Source of the DNA: Geosiphon pyriformis uo1
Lineage: Eukaryota > Fungi > Glomeromycota
Length of the DNA: 64,000 nt
Reading direction: 5' to 3'
Assembly (NCBI GenBank): GCA_016748015.1
Contig: JAAOMT010000480.1
Span: 620,001 to 684,000, forward strand
Under the pieces are notes generated by a model. It ran no database searches. It saw only the letters and a program-made list of their open reading frames with translations, and was not told the origin of the DNA. Both the position numbers and the translations under genes were made by a program. Positions 24,564-37,407 of this stretch are shown here, one piece after another; within the stretch, counting starts at the first letter, position 1, and each line of letters begins with the position of its first letter.

Positions 24564-27500
24564 ATATATATTTTTTTTAATATTAAGCTTTAATAAAAAA
24601 TTTTTAATTTTTTTTTTGAATAAATTTAAAATATATATATTTTTTATAATATTAAAAATTTTTGTTTTTAATTTTTTATAAGTTAGTTATTTTTTTAATT
24701 AATTTATTGTTAATATTTTAATAATTAAGAAAAATTCAAATTATTTTTCTTTAGTTATTTCTTTTAATATTTTTTTTTTATTATAATAAAATTAATAGGC
24801 TCTTTTACTAATAGGTTTGATTTAAGTTCAGCTGATTTTGAAACTTATTCAAGCACTAAGTAAAAATATATAGAAAATATATATTTCTATAGTGTATTTT
24901 ACAAAAAACTGAAAAAACCTGATATAAATGTTAGTGTGGTTAACTTATCTGCTGGTTTTTTGAGACTTGAAAATATTGATATTTTTGATAGAAAATTCGT
25001 AATATTTTGAAGAAACAAAGTTGATAGTAAAATTAGTAATATTAATAGTCTATTAAATATAGAAAATATAAAAAACATAATTACTAAAAAAACTAGTTAT
25101 GTAAATTCAGATATTTTGATGGTTAATAAAAATATAGATAATATTATACTACAGAAAACTTACACTCAAATATATGTATTGAGCCACTCACCAAAAGCTC
25201 TTTTATTTGTGGATTTGAATAATAATAAAGATGTTTTAATGCTCTTGTTATCTAAGTTTGATGTCTTTAGACAATTTTTATTGATTGGATTATGTGTTTC
25301 AGAAAAACAGAGTTTTAATTCAACAAAATATTTTGTGTTAGATATTGAGTTTTTTGTTATATCTAACAAAACTTTTGGTAATAAATTATTGAGTATTAAA
25401 AAAATGTTTTATTGTATAAATAGTTTTGAGAAGATGTTAACTTCTTTAAAGTTTCTTAGAATAATTAGATCATTTTTTACATTTAAGTTTAGTTTAAGAA
25501 AAACTAGAGAAATAACAATTAATAAAAAAATTTTAGTTAATAATAATATTAAAATGGCAAAAAAATTTACAAATTGAAAAGTGATAATCAAAGAAATTTC
25601 TGTTAATTTTCTAAAATTGACTATAAAATCAGTTTTTTTTAAATTTAGTAAAATTGTGTTTATTAGAATACAGCTAATTGGTCTTTGGCAAAAGATCTTA
25701 ATAGAGTTTAAGTTAGCTAAAATCACTGATTTGGTCACAGCTAAATGGTTTGTTCTTATAAAAAAAACTCTGTTTATGTGACAAAGATTATTAACAATAA
25801 TCAAACATAAATATTTAGAGATCAGCATCAAGCTTTATTGTATACTTTACTAGTTAGTATTATTGCTTATAATCTTACTGATTTATTAAAATTATATAAT
25901 AGAAAAATTTGCTCTATTGGTTGCAATCTGAATTTTTATATGCATAACAGATGTGCTGTAATTTATTTTGCCAATAAAACATCAAAAAAAGCTGCTATTG
26001 ATTTTCTTCTTGTTTTTAAGGATGTAAATTTGTATTGGACTGGTTTTTTTTGGTCTATTGTGTTTGGTTCTAATAAACAAATAGTCAATTTTCAAGATTA
26101 GATTCATTTGACAAATATACATAAAAAAACAGATGCCAATTGTTCATTTAGTATTATTTAGTAAAAAAACTTAGATGTAAATTGTTAGTAGTTCTATTTT
26201 TTATGTTATATTTTTAGTTGTTTCTAGTGCTGATTTATTTTTAGATACTAAACTTTTCTTGCTAGTTTCTTTAAATATAAGTAATAAGTTTGCTATTTTT
26301 GAGTACAGTCTTACTAGTCTTGTAAAAAAAGTTAACAAGCTAACTAAGAAATTAAATGCACTTGGATCAATGATTTTCTAGCTTAGTCTTAAATGTCAGC
26401 CATTGGTAATCTTTTTATCACAAAATTAAGAGATAAATATAGTAATGAATAAAAGTTTAAATACAGTTACAAATAATAAGATTATAATAAAAGCAGAGTT
26501 ATTGAATTAATCAATATTAAGAAATTTAAAAACAAAATAAACAATTTATCTGATATGATTATGAGCCTACTGGCTAAAATAAATAACAAAAATTTGAGTT
26601 TAGACACTTTTCTTTAACAATAACTGATTTGATTTGGAAGATTGTTATATGCAATATTTAAGATATAAACAACTCTGCTAAGCAAGAGGATATTTTTTGT
26701 TGGCACAAAAAATAAACAATTTGATTTTTATTATTATTAAGACTAAATTAAAAGAAAAAATTTATTCATGGATTATAAAAAAGTTTGATGGTATTTAGGT
26801 GTTTATTTCTAGTTTAAAATCTAGTTACTTGGGTTTTAATATTGCAATTATCATAAACATTGGTTTAGCAAAACATATGTGCAAGATTTTAGAGATTGCT
26901 AATAGGTTTTTGTTTATAAAGCTGCTTTTTAAAAATAAACTCTTTATTTTAATTTTGGGACTGTATACTAATACCATTCTGGTAATATGCTTGACTCAAG
27001 CAGAGAAGATCAATTCATTAATTGCAAAAGCATAAATGAAATCTTATTTGTAATTTTAAATAATAATTTCAATGAGAATGATTCTTACAAGTATGTTAAT
27101 TTTAAGAGATGTCTTAATCTGGAGCTGGTTAATTCTTTGATGAAAAGTTCAGTTACAAAAGCCTTAATGTGGAATAATTCTAGAGATGTTAAAAAAAACA
27201 ATTAATTCTATATTTGTTTCTTCAAATTTAATTAATACAATAATGAATTATAATATTCTGGATATTAAAAAGCATTTTGAAACTAATTATTAGATAGTTT
27301 TTATTTTTATAGATTTGGATGGCTTGTTAGATATAAATTTGAACTTTTTTTGTAAATAAACAAATAAAAATTGTTAAAAGTTTGATTTTAAAAGTGCCAA
27401 TAATACTAAAAAAACCAGATTCAAAAATATTATAATGGTCAATACTACCATGTTTTATAATAAGTTTGTTGTATTAAAAAAATTTTCTGATATAGATATA

Positions 27501-30303
27501 ATGTAGAATGTTATTTGTAAAATTAAAAATTCACAAAAATAGAACATCTTAGAAAATTATAAAAGTAATAATTATTAGAACTATAAAAATAAACTACTTG
27601 TGATTTAGAAAAACATTATATTATTACTTTAAAAAAAACTTAAAAATACCAACACACTTTTTCTAATTAATAAAAAAATTAAGTTATATATCTAAAAACA
27701 GTATTTTCAGTTAAAAAAAAACATTAAAATCCAACTTCAAAGAATTTAAGTTTGACTCTAATAATAATACATAAACTATACAAAAAAAAATTTTATTTAT
27801 AATTAATAAAAAATTGAAGTTTTATTTATTAACAACTTTTTTATATTATCAAATTTCAAAAAATAGAATTTTACTTAATTAACTTATTAAATCACAATTA
27901 AAAACTCTAAGAATTTTTATTTTTGGAACTTTAACTGAAATTTTAAAACTAAATCTTTAAGGAAATATGAATTTTTGTTTAAAAGTTTTACTCTAACAAT
28001 TAGTAATTCAATTGGTAGCACTTTTTCTTAGACACAACTTTTATTATAATTTCTAACTAAATTAACAACTATCTTTTTAAAAAAAATATTTTTATTACAA
28101 CTTATTATAATAATTAACAAAAAACAACAACTAATTTTAAGTTCAATAAAACAATTAAACATATTTCTTTCAATATTTTTTTTATTAACAACTAAACAAA
28201 TTTCTATTATTTAAATCATGATTTACAAAAATATCACTAAACTGAAAAAAAATTTTGGCAAAAAAAAATTGCATATATATAGATTACAAAAGCTAAAAAA
28301 GCAATTACAATTAACAATTAAAATAAAACCAGAATAATTTAAGTCTTATCTTTCTTTTTAATCAAAACTATAAACTTGTAACATCAAAGTTTCAATAAAA
28401 AACTGACTAACTTTGTTATCTTTAAACTTGTTTTTTTACAATATTTTTGCAATTTAAATATGTTTATTAGACTATAAAATTAATTTAACATAATAAAACA
28501 GAAAGATTACAAAACTGTAATTACTTATTTTAAAAGATTTAATCAAACTTTTTGCCAAATTTAGGCAATTAAAAAAGATTATTATATTTCAAGTCAAATT
28601 TTTAATTAATTTATTAAGAAACTAAAAAACAGTATTCTTTAATCTGTTAGATTCTAATATCTTAGAAACTTATAAAAGACAATAATATTTGTTCATAATT
28701 TCGAATTAGCAAAACAAAAAGCTAATTATATTCAAGTTATTAATTTAACCATAAATAATACTTCAAACATTAATACAAAGCTTACCTAATTAAGTAAAAA
28801 ATTGATTCAAAAAATTAATGAATTCTTTATCAAAAATTTAGAGACTTATTAGCCATTATAATATAAAAAAAATACTAATAAATACTAATAACAACAATAT
28901 TACCAATAATAACAGCAATTCTAAAAACAAAATTCTCATAATTGTTATTATTGTTAAAAATCTGGTCACATTATAAAAGATTTTTACAAAAAATTATCAG
29001 ATTATAATTGTAAAAACCAATATTAACAACAATTCAAATATTCATAATTTATAGAATTTCAATATTTTTTGTCTTTATATTAACAATTCTAATATTTACT
29101 TTAATTATTATAAAATTATTATTAATATTTATAAGCAATATTACAGATATCATTTCAATAGTAAGTTTTATCATATAGCAATCCAAGATTTTGAACTATT
29201 GACTATAATTAAAAATAGTAAAACAACAATAAAAATCAAACTCAACTTATTACAATACTATCTCAAACTATAAATTATAGCAATTTATTATTTTAAACAT
29301 CTTCAACAAAATATTCAAACTAAGTTTTATATTTTAGTTTTATGAAAACTTTGAATTTTGGTAATAATACATCTTTAAAAAAAAAAACTATAATTAAAAT
29401 TACCAATTATTATTTTTTAACAACAATTAAGTCATCTTTAATACAATTTTTTCTGCCATAATTATTAAAGATAATATACTTGCTGCCATATTTTCATTTA
29501 ATATTAACAACTTAAACATTACTGATCTTTTTAGCAGAACTGTTATTAACCAGAACAAACCAATTATAACAATGTACATTAATGCCAAAGTAGAATAAAT
29601 AAACATTAAACTAATATTTAATAATAAATTAATAAGCAGCATAATTATAAAACAATTCATAAATCAATTAAATTATTGAGTAGATTAGTTTTTATTAGAC
29701 TATTTTTAATAATATTATACAATTACTACCAAAATAATAATAGTAAATAAAAACACTAAAACACTAATAAGAAAAATTAACACTTTTTTCTTTGAAATTA
29801 ATAAAATTAAAATCTTAATAAAAATACTTATTATGAAAATTATTTAGTATTAAATCTTTATAAAATATAATTGGTTAACTAAAATCCATATTACACTTGA
29901 TTAAAATACACAAAAACTTCAGATTATTTTTAATAAACAATATATTAAAGTACTTGTTATGTGTGAATATTTTAAAATAGTCTTAAAACAAGTTTTAATT
30001 AAATTTGAAAAACTTACTTTTTAATCAATTTTGAAAACTTATTAAGTTTTTTAGATTAATAATTTTAAAACAGAGCTATAATCATTGTTACCAGACGAAA
30101 TTAGAGATATTGTTTAGCATGAAGTTACCCTTATAAATCTTATCATTAATTAGCATATATTATCGTTTCAAATTATCACTTATTACAGTAGCAAAATATC
30201 CAAAATTATCATTTAATTAATAACCCAATTTGTACATAACACAAATGTAATCTAATTGCAATGATCAATTATGCAATACCCCGAACTATATAACATTCAA
30301 AAA

Positions 30304-30417
30304 GTTTGCCGAAATTTGTAAGAAATTTGCCGAAATAATTGATAGTTTGCTGAAATATTTAATAGTTCGCAGAAATAACTTGTAGTTTACCGAAATATAT
30401 CTTTAGTTCAGCAAAAT
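30304..30417 (+). repeat. Tandem array in LTR-A: six units, 20-21-bp period, core GTTTGCCGAAAT
   Basis: Units start at 30304, 30325, 30345, 30365, 30385 and 30406. Equivalent arrays occur in all LTR-A copies. Confidence 0.85.
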
Positions 30418-30467
30418 TATAGAAAATAGCAAAGTTCAAGTTCATAGAATAGTGTTATGACAAGTTG

Positions 30468-30475
30468 TATAAAAG
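30468..30475 (+). promoter_or_regulatory. Candidate TATA box of LTR-A
   Basis: TATAAAAG lies just downstream of the motif array. The surrounding sequence (reverse complement TTTTATACAACTT) is conserved in most other LTR-A copies. Confidence 0.4.
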
Positions 30476-33073
30476 AAGAGCTTCTTTCTTCAAGAAAATG
30501 TATCTTACTTCAGATTTAATAATTAGAATCATCCTTTACACATAAAAACAAAATAAATATCAAATAAATTCGAAAAAGCCAAATTCTTAATTACTTCCTT
30601 CGAAATTAACCAATTCTTACTAACAGTTGAAATTGATTAGCTACCAATTTCAGTAGACTGTTAAAGCACTTCCAGGTCTGGATCTGAAACAACTTCCATA
30701 AATTACCAGTTTTACTTTTTCTTTTACATTTCTTTTATTCTCTTTCTTTTCTTATTATAAATCATTTGGGTAGCCTATGGACAAGAATTCCTGTAGAAGA
30801 GTTGACTTTTACAGCAAAGTAACTACACATTTTAGTAAGCTTTCAGACAAGCAATTCCTGGGAAAGAGTTGACATTTACTACAACATAACTATACAAAGT
30901 AACTGGCATGGAATTGGCCATTCCACTTATAAGCCCAGCAGTTCAAATTATAGGAGATAATTTGAAGATAAATTCAGTTATCGGAGGTTCAAACACTTCC
31001 CATAATCGTGAATTAACAGCATTACAACAAACATACAAGAGCTAAGAAGAGACCAAAAACCTCCAGTAACATCATCTTTTATATAAGAAAAAAAAGGCAA
31101 AAAAAAACTAATAAAGAACTACAAACATTAATATTAGTTTATTTAACTTTGAAATAAAAAAATCAATCATATCAATCTTGAAATTAATTTGTATTGATTA
31201 TAAAAAAAGTTATTTTTAATAGATACATGTGTTAAAAATAATAAAATATAATCAATTACTATCAGATACTATTACTATCTTTATATACTAAAACAATTTA
31301 AGTAATCAAAACAACAAAACAAATAGAATAATATGTTTTAAATATGACAAAATTTTATTAAATAAAAAACTATAGAATAATATTTCTGGCAAAAAAAAAC
31401 ATGTGACAAATTCTGTTAATATATTATTCTAATTAATAATTAGACCCAAAAAAAAATTTTATTTATTATAGTCTATAGTTAAACAATAAATTAACTAGAT
31501 TTATATCTTTATAATAATAATAAAATTTAGAAAATAATTATTGTAAAATGAAAAAATGCTATAAATAAGGAAATAAATATCATAAAAAATGTCTTGGTAA
31601 TTATAAAAAAAATGAATAATTTATTTATTAATAACTTTAAAGTATTTTAAGACCAGTATTAAAAACTTATTATTATTTAAAAAAAACAAAAACAAAAACT
31701 AGCCAATTTTAATACAAAACTGTACAATTATTGTTTAATTTTTTGTTATTTTTAGTATTATAATAAGTATAATATTTTATTTAATTTATTTTTATAAATA
31801 CTTTATTCTATTTTTAAGCTTAAAAAACTTATAAAAAAGTACACATTAGCAACAAAAAACATGATATTTTAAGAATTAAGTATTGTTATCAAAATAAAAC
31901 AGTACCTTGTCTATTTTAATTTCTTTAAAAAATTAGAACTAAAATATTATAACAATAAAAATAAAGACATATGTTTTAAAAAAACATATTCAAATAATGC
32001 TAGATTTAATTTAAGATATCTCAAACAATTTTTTATAGTTATAATATCTTATTTTTTTATAAAAATAGATTTAAAATTAGCTTTAAGAATTTTCATTAGT
32101 ATTATAATCTAAATTGCATTCTAATTTAATCTTATAAATAAAGAAATTAATATTAAAAAAGAAATAATTAATACTAGATATATTGAAAATATAATTATAA
32201 TATTTTAAAACAATTTTGATAAGTCTTATATAATTAAATCTTAAAAAAAAATCGCACAAATTATCTTTCTATTTTTCATACAAATTTTTTAACTAATTTT
32301 AGTAATTATGTAAAAAAAATTAGGTTTTATTACTTAAGAAATTCAAAAATTTAAGTCAAGTAGAAAAAGAAATATACAAGTTAGTTTCGTAAAAAACACT
32401 AATAACAAAGTAAAATTTATTTATATTAATACTGTTATTTTTATTTTTTTATATTAACAGTACATTTTGAAGATTAATCAAAAAGTTCAAAACCAAGTTT
32501 TACTATTTAATATGGTCTTAAAAATCTGTTTTCTAATTGATATTGCAAATTTGTATATATTTATCAAAGTTTATAAATATTTTAATATTCTTATTCACAA
32601 TTTTACTAAAAATATTATTAAGATTTTTGAAAAAACTCTCATTAATTCTATTATTTTAGATATTTAAAATTCTGAAAAATCTTTAATTTTACACAACTGT
32701 TCTTATTTTGCAATATTATTTTACAAATATAAAATTTGCTAAAAAAAAGCTATTTATTTATTATAAAAAAATCAATAAACTAAACTTGAAAAATTTAAGT
32801 ATCCTATAGCAAATAATTTATTAAAAGAAACAACTTAATATTATATTATAAAACAACATACTAATTGTATTTAGTATTTAAATATTGTTTAATTATACTA
32901 TTAAACAATTTACTAAAGACAATTATAGTTAATAATATAAAACAAATAACAAATTTACAATTTAAAGATCTACAAAAAGCAATACTTAATACAATAATTA
33001 AATATTATACTAAAAAAACAATTTTTATAAATACATATAATTTTGCAAAAACTTAATTCTAAAAAAAAAAAAA

Positions 33074-34119
33074 TACTACTCAAGTAAAAAAACCAATCTA
33101 AAGCTATTGAAAAAACATAATTAATACATAATAATAAAGAAAAAATATAATAACATAAAATAATACAAAATAATATATAATAATTTAAGATAATATAAGA
33201 TAATACACAATAATATGAAATAATACAAAATAACTAGTCATAATATAGAATAATTAGATATAGCATAAAAGAATAAAACAATAATAAAAATAAGTAAACA
33301 ATAGTTAATAATAATAAACAATTAAAAGCAATCTTGTAAAATTAAAGAATATATATAAAAATAAGTAGTTTTAGCAGATAAAAAAGAACAAACAGAAAAC
33401 AAAAACCAATTTTCTTTTAAACATTTTATTTTTAAACTTAATAAATTCTTTTATCTTATTTTTTTTATATTTTTTTATTAATTATTAAATAAAATAATAT
33501 TTAATTTACTCATATATAATTTTAGAATTTATGTTGTTAAAATCAAATTAATCATTTTTTTTTACTTTTGTTTCAGGCCAAATGCTATTAGCATAAACAG
33601 TTTTGGAATCTAAATAACTTGGATTAATTATTTTTAATTATGATAATTAACAATAATAATTTTTTTTCTTATTTTTTTTTTTTTTTTTTTCTTATTTTTT
33701 TTTTTTTTTTTTTTTCTTAATTATTTTTTCTTTTTTGTGGAGTGACAACATTAAAAATTAACTGTCTGAAAATAAATTTTGTAATAATTTGGTAAAAGAA
33801 AAAAGCTTTTCTTAAGTTTAAATATTAATTTTATTTTATTTGCTTATTAAAAAAGTAAAAAAACAACACCAAATCTTAATAACTATACTTAATTAGCTTA
33901 AAAAAAAATAGCTCATATTCACAACTGTAAATTACTAAAATACATATTTGTATCTTATAATTAAAAAACTTTATGAATAAATTTATATATAACAAAAATT
34001 TTTAGAAACTGATACTTTCAATATGTTTTTTATGTATTTAAAAAAAACTTTACAGCTCTCTTACTTAAATTTAAAGCACTAAATATTACCATAATACCAT
34101 ATTAAGTTTATTTGTAACA
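33074..34119 (+). repeat. E5 3' LTR (family C)
   Basis: Follows an A-run PPT, begins TACTACTCA (compare TGTTACTCA) and ends TGTAACA. Contains a tandem array and a T-rich tract like the other LTRs. No partner LTR is in the window. Confidence 0.65.
33151..33270 (+). repeat. Tandem array in LTR-C: twelve 10-bp units (TAATAYRNRA-like)
   Basis: TAACATAAAA TAATACAAAA TAATATATAA TAATTTAAGA TAATATAAGA TAATACACAA TAATATGAAA ... in an exact 10-bp register. Confidence 0.85.
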
Positions 34120-36034
34120 ACAGTTTTTATATTTGGTCTTAGTAATGTTTTATCTTATACTTAGCTATAAAATTTAATTTAGTTTTATTTCTAATAGTGT
34201 TCAATAAATAAGACACTATAATTTATAAAAACTTAAAGTCTAAATTTTGTTTATCTTTAAACTTTTTAAATAATGCAATTCATTATTTTTTTTGTATGGC
34301 CTAAAAATTTTTAAATAGATACAAATTAAAAGCAATTTAGCTTTTGTGCTAAGTTTTTTTAATATATATTAGACTGTTTATTTATTTATAAATTTTTTAA
34401 TTTACAGATTTTAAGTTGGTTTTTTTATTATTTTTTATACTATTTAGTCTATTTTAAAATTAATCTATCAAACAACTTTTTGGCCTGTATAGTTCATATT
34501 TTTTATAATTATAATTTGTTTTTGGTTAATTTTTGTGTTTAATATTTTGTTTTTAGAATAAAATCTCAATATTAATAGTCTTAAATAAATTTGTTTTCTT
34601 TAAAATGTTTCATTTACTTAAACAGTTTGGTATTATCTTTATTAAACAGTTGTATAATAAAAAAAGTATTGTTTTTGGATAGAAAATTTTTAAATATTAG
34701 AAAAAATTAGATTTTTGGAATTTTGTTCCTAGTTGATTTAAATTTATTATCAAGTTTTTAAATAAATTGGCTTTTTGTTCTTTTAATTTTTTTTTAGTTG
34801 TTAGCTTTCAGTTCTTAAATGTTTTTGGTTTGTATAAGTTTGATTTGATTCATAACTAGTTGTTGAGTACTAATATAGCTTGTTTTTTTGTTTATATTAA
34901 TAGTTTTTTTAGCAATTTGAGTACTGTTAAAATAAAGACTAACACTACAGCTTTTTTTAAGAATGTAAATTTAAATTTAAGTATTAAAATATTTGAATTA
35001 GTATTTTTTATTATGGCTAAAATGTAGACTATTGTGTTTGCTTTAAAATATGTTCTCTTTTTTTGTGTAGTTGAATTATTTTTTAACAGCCAAATAGTTC
35101 TGAATACATGTTATTTGGAATTGGCTTTGGTTTTGGCAGATTTTTATAATTATTATTAAATTAAGTATTAATACATTGTAAATATTATTAAGAAAAAAAA
35201 CTTGAGTATTAAATAACACAAAATTAAAAACTATTTAGATGTTTTAAACAATGAAAAAGCTGATGTTTTAGTTAATACAATTTTATTCTCAAATGTAGTG
35301 TTTTTAGTTTATATATAAAAACATTTTTTTAAGATTAGTAATAAAATTCTTTTAGAAAATACAAGACATTTTGTTTATAAAATTTTTTAGGCAATTTATT
35401 ATACTTATTAAAAAGTTAAATTTGATACTTATGTTTTAAAAAACAACTTACTTAGAAATGTAAACTAAATTAAATTATTACTAGTATGGTATTTTAATTC
35501 TTATATGTTAACAGAATTTATAAACAGAGTTATAGCTAAAACATATTCTTATTTTATAAAGGTTTTATATTACAAATTGCTTATGGCTGTTTATAAATAT
35601 ATATATAATAAATATTACTATAATATTTTTTGTTTGTTTTGTAAAAATATTGAGTTTTTAAATTATGTTTTCTCTTGCAAATTGGATGATAAGTTTTATA
35701 AAAAACTGCTAAATATTTATGTAGTTATTTAAAAAACATTTTTTGGTTTATTTAAATTTTTTTTATGTGTTTTATAATTATTTTTTTGGTGTTTTTTTGA
35801 CATTTTAGTATACTTAACTTTGTGTAAAGAGTTTGTTTTTAAGAACTAGTTTTAAAAATTTTTCTTAATTTTTAAAGATATTAAAATTGCCAATAAAAAG
35901 ATTATAAACTTTGTAAATAGTTTTGAATTGGCTCATAAAAATAATATTTGGTTTGTTTATTTTAAGCATTAAGCTTTTATAGAAAAAAGTGGTTTTATTT
36001 TGTGCAATAAAATTATTATTGTAATTGTTACTAA

Positions 36035-36964
36035 TATTATTAAAGGGTTTTTTATTCTTTTTTTAACGTTATTAATATTATTTTACTGTTAATTCTGCTG
36101 TTAATAAAAGTCAATAAATTTCTAATAAGCTAATTTCTTTTTTAAAGTATTTCTTTATACTTTAAATTATATTTGCTGCTGAATTTATAATAAAATAGCC
36201 AATTCTATACCAATTATTTATATAGTCATTTTGTGATAAAAATCGACTTTTTTACAAAAGAATTTTTTCCGTAAGCTTTTTAAAAATATGTGAGTTTTTT
36301 GCTGTAAAAGTCAATTTTTTTACAAGAAATTTCGACTGTAAACTACTTAATAATAATAAAAAAATTAAAAAAAATTAAAAAAAAAGAAATAAGAAAATAT
36401 TAAAGAAGTTATTAACAATTACTAAAATTAGTAGTTAATCAATTTCAAAATATTAATAAAAAATAATTAAGAATTTTTATGTTTTTTAAAGTAAGTTTTA
36501 TTGAAATTAATTTGTATAAAAGATACTAAAAATAATATTGGTTCTAATTAAGATATATTTACTTAAAAAAAAAGCTTTTTTTTATACAACTTATTATAAT
36601 ATTATCTTATAATTTAATACTCTTTTTTTTTTAATATTTTGGTAAACTAAAGATATATTTTGGCAAACTACAAGTTATTTCTGCAAACTATAAATTATTT
36701 TAACAAACTATTAAATATTTTGCTAAATTATTAAATATTTTAACAAATTTTAAATGTTTATATAGTTTGGTATATTACATAATTTGATTATTACAATTTG
36801 GTTATATTTGTGTTTTGTATAAATTAAGTTATTAATTAAATAATAATTTAAATAATTTGTTAAGATAATAAGTTATAAATTAAAATAATAATATATATTA
36901 ATTAATAATAAAAATTATAAAAATAATTTCAACTAAATAATATTTCAAATTTCGACTAATAATA
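36035..36964 (-). repeat. Solo LTR, family A, decayed, inserted near the 3' end of LINE B ORF2
   Basis: Colinear with 46076-47048. 4-bp TSD CTAA at 36031-36034 and 36965-36968. LINE ORF2 continues across the site. Confidence 0.88.
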
Positions 36965-37407
36965 CTAATCTGTTATTTGTATTATTTGATAATATAATTA
37001 AGCTGTTTAAAATTACTAAAGTTTTTAAAATTAGTCTTAGTATATACAAATTATGTTTATTTTTTTAAGGTATTAGAAACATAATTTTTGTATATATAAA
37101 TATATAGTGTTGTTTTAATTGGTTTAAGTAACTAGTTACATATAGCTAAATACATAATTTATATTTAGTTAAAGTTATTTAGTTTAATATATTATATTAG
37201 ACTGTATTTAGATTTTATTTATTAAATATAAAAAAAATTAGTATAAAATTATTTTTATAATTTTTATTATTAATTTTTTTTATTAATATTTAACAAGTAA
37301 GATTCAAATACTGTCTAGTACAATACATCACATATAAGCAATCTAAACTAGGTGTAAATCATGCATTTTCTATATGTAACCAGCTATTCAGGCTAATCAA
37401 GACAACA

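Larger units (their letters stand above)
30086..31071 (+). repeat. Solo LTR, family A, relatively young
   Basis: TGTTACCAG...CCAGTAACA, perfect 4-bp TSD TCAT (30082-30085 / 31072-31075). Reverse complement of the E1 LTRs. Retains several CpGs. Confidence 0.92.
27525..34119 (+). mobile_element. E5: decayed Ty3/Gypsy remnant (gag, PR, Cys-rich, dUTPase, partial 3' ORF, 3' LTR family C); lacks 5' LTR and RT-RH-IN
   Basis: Gag-like 27550-29500, protease ~29550-29980 (AMYINAKV..KLI), dUTPase ~31950-32370 (NARFNLRY...KIAQ...IQKFKSS), 3' ORF tail in ORF 32865-33056, A-run PPT, and an LTR ending TGTAACA at 34119 where LINE B resumes. Confidence 0.75.
24720..37237 (+). mobile_element. LINE B: decayed non-LTR retrotransposon in three pieces (~24720-27520, 34120-36034, 36965-37237), most of the RT domain deleted
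   Basis: ORF1 fragments 25116-26101. APE start IWKIVICNI at ~26630 and ORF 26799-27205. RNase H and CCHC remnants at 34880-35732 (CLFCKNIEFLNYVFSC). Stop at 37105-37107, then 3' UTR and A tail. Confidence 0.85.

Noticed and set aside
584-24567. TSD for E4 (ACAG versus ATAT) and for LINEs A-C
   Set aside because: The flanks are too decayed and low in complexity to call a duplication.
30304-33270. CRISPR array
   Set aside because: Repeats are short and degenerate with no unique 30-40-bp spacers, there are no cas genes, and the context is eukaryotic LTRs.
33740-33751. End of the E5 LTR at GTGACAACA
   Set aside because: LINE B homology resumes only at 34120, after TGTAACA, so this site is internal to the LTR.
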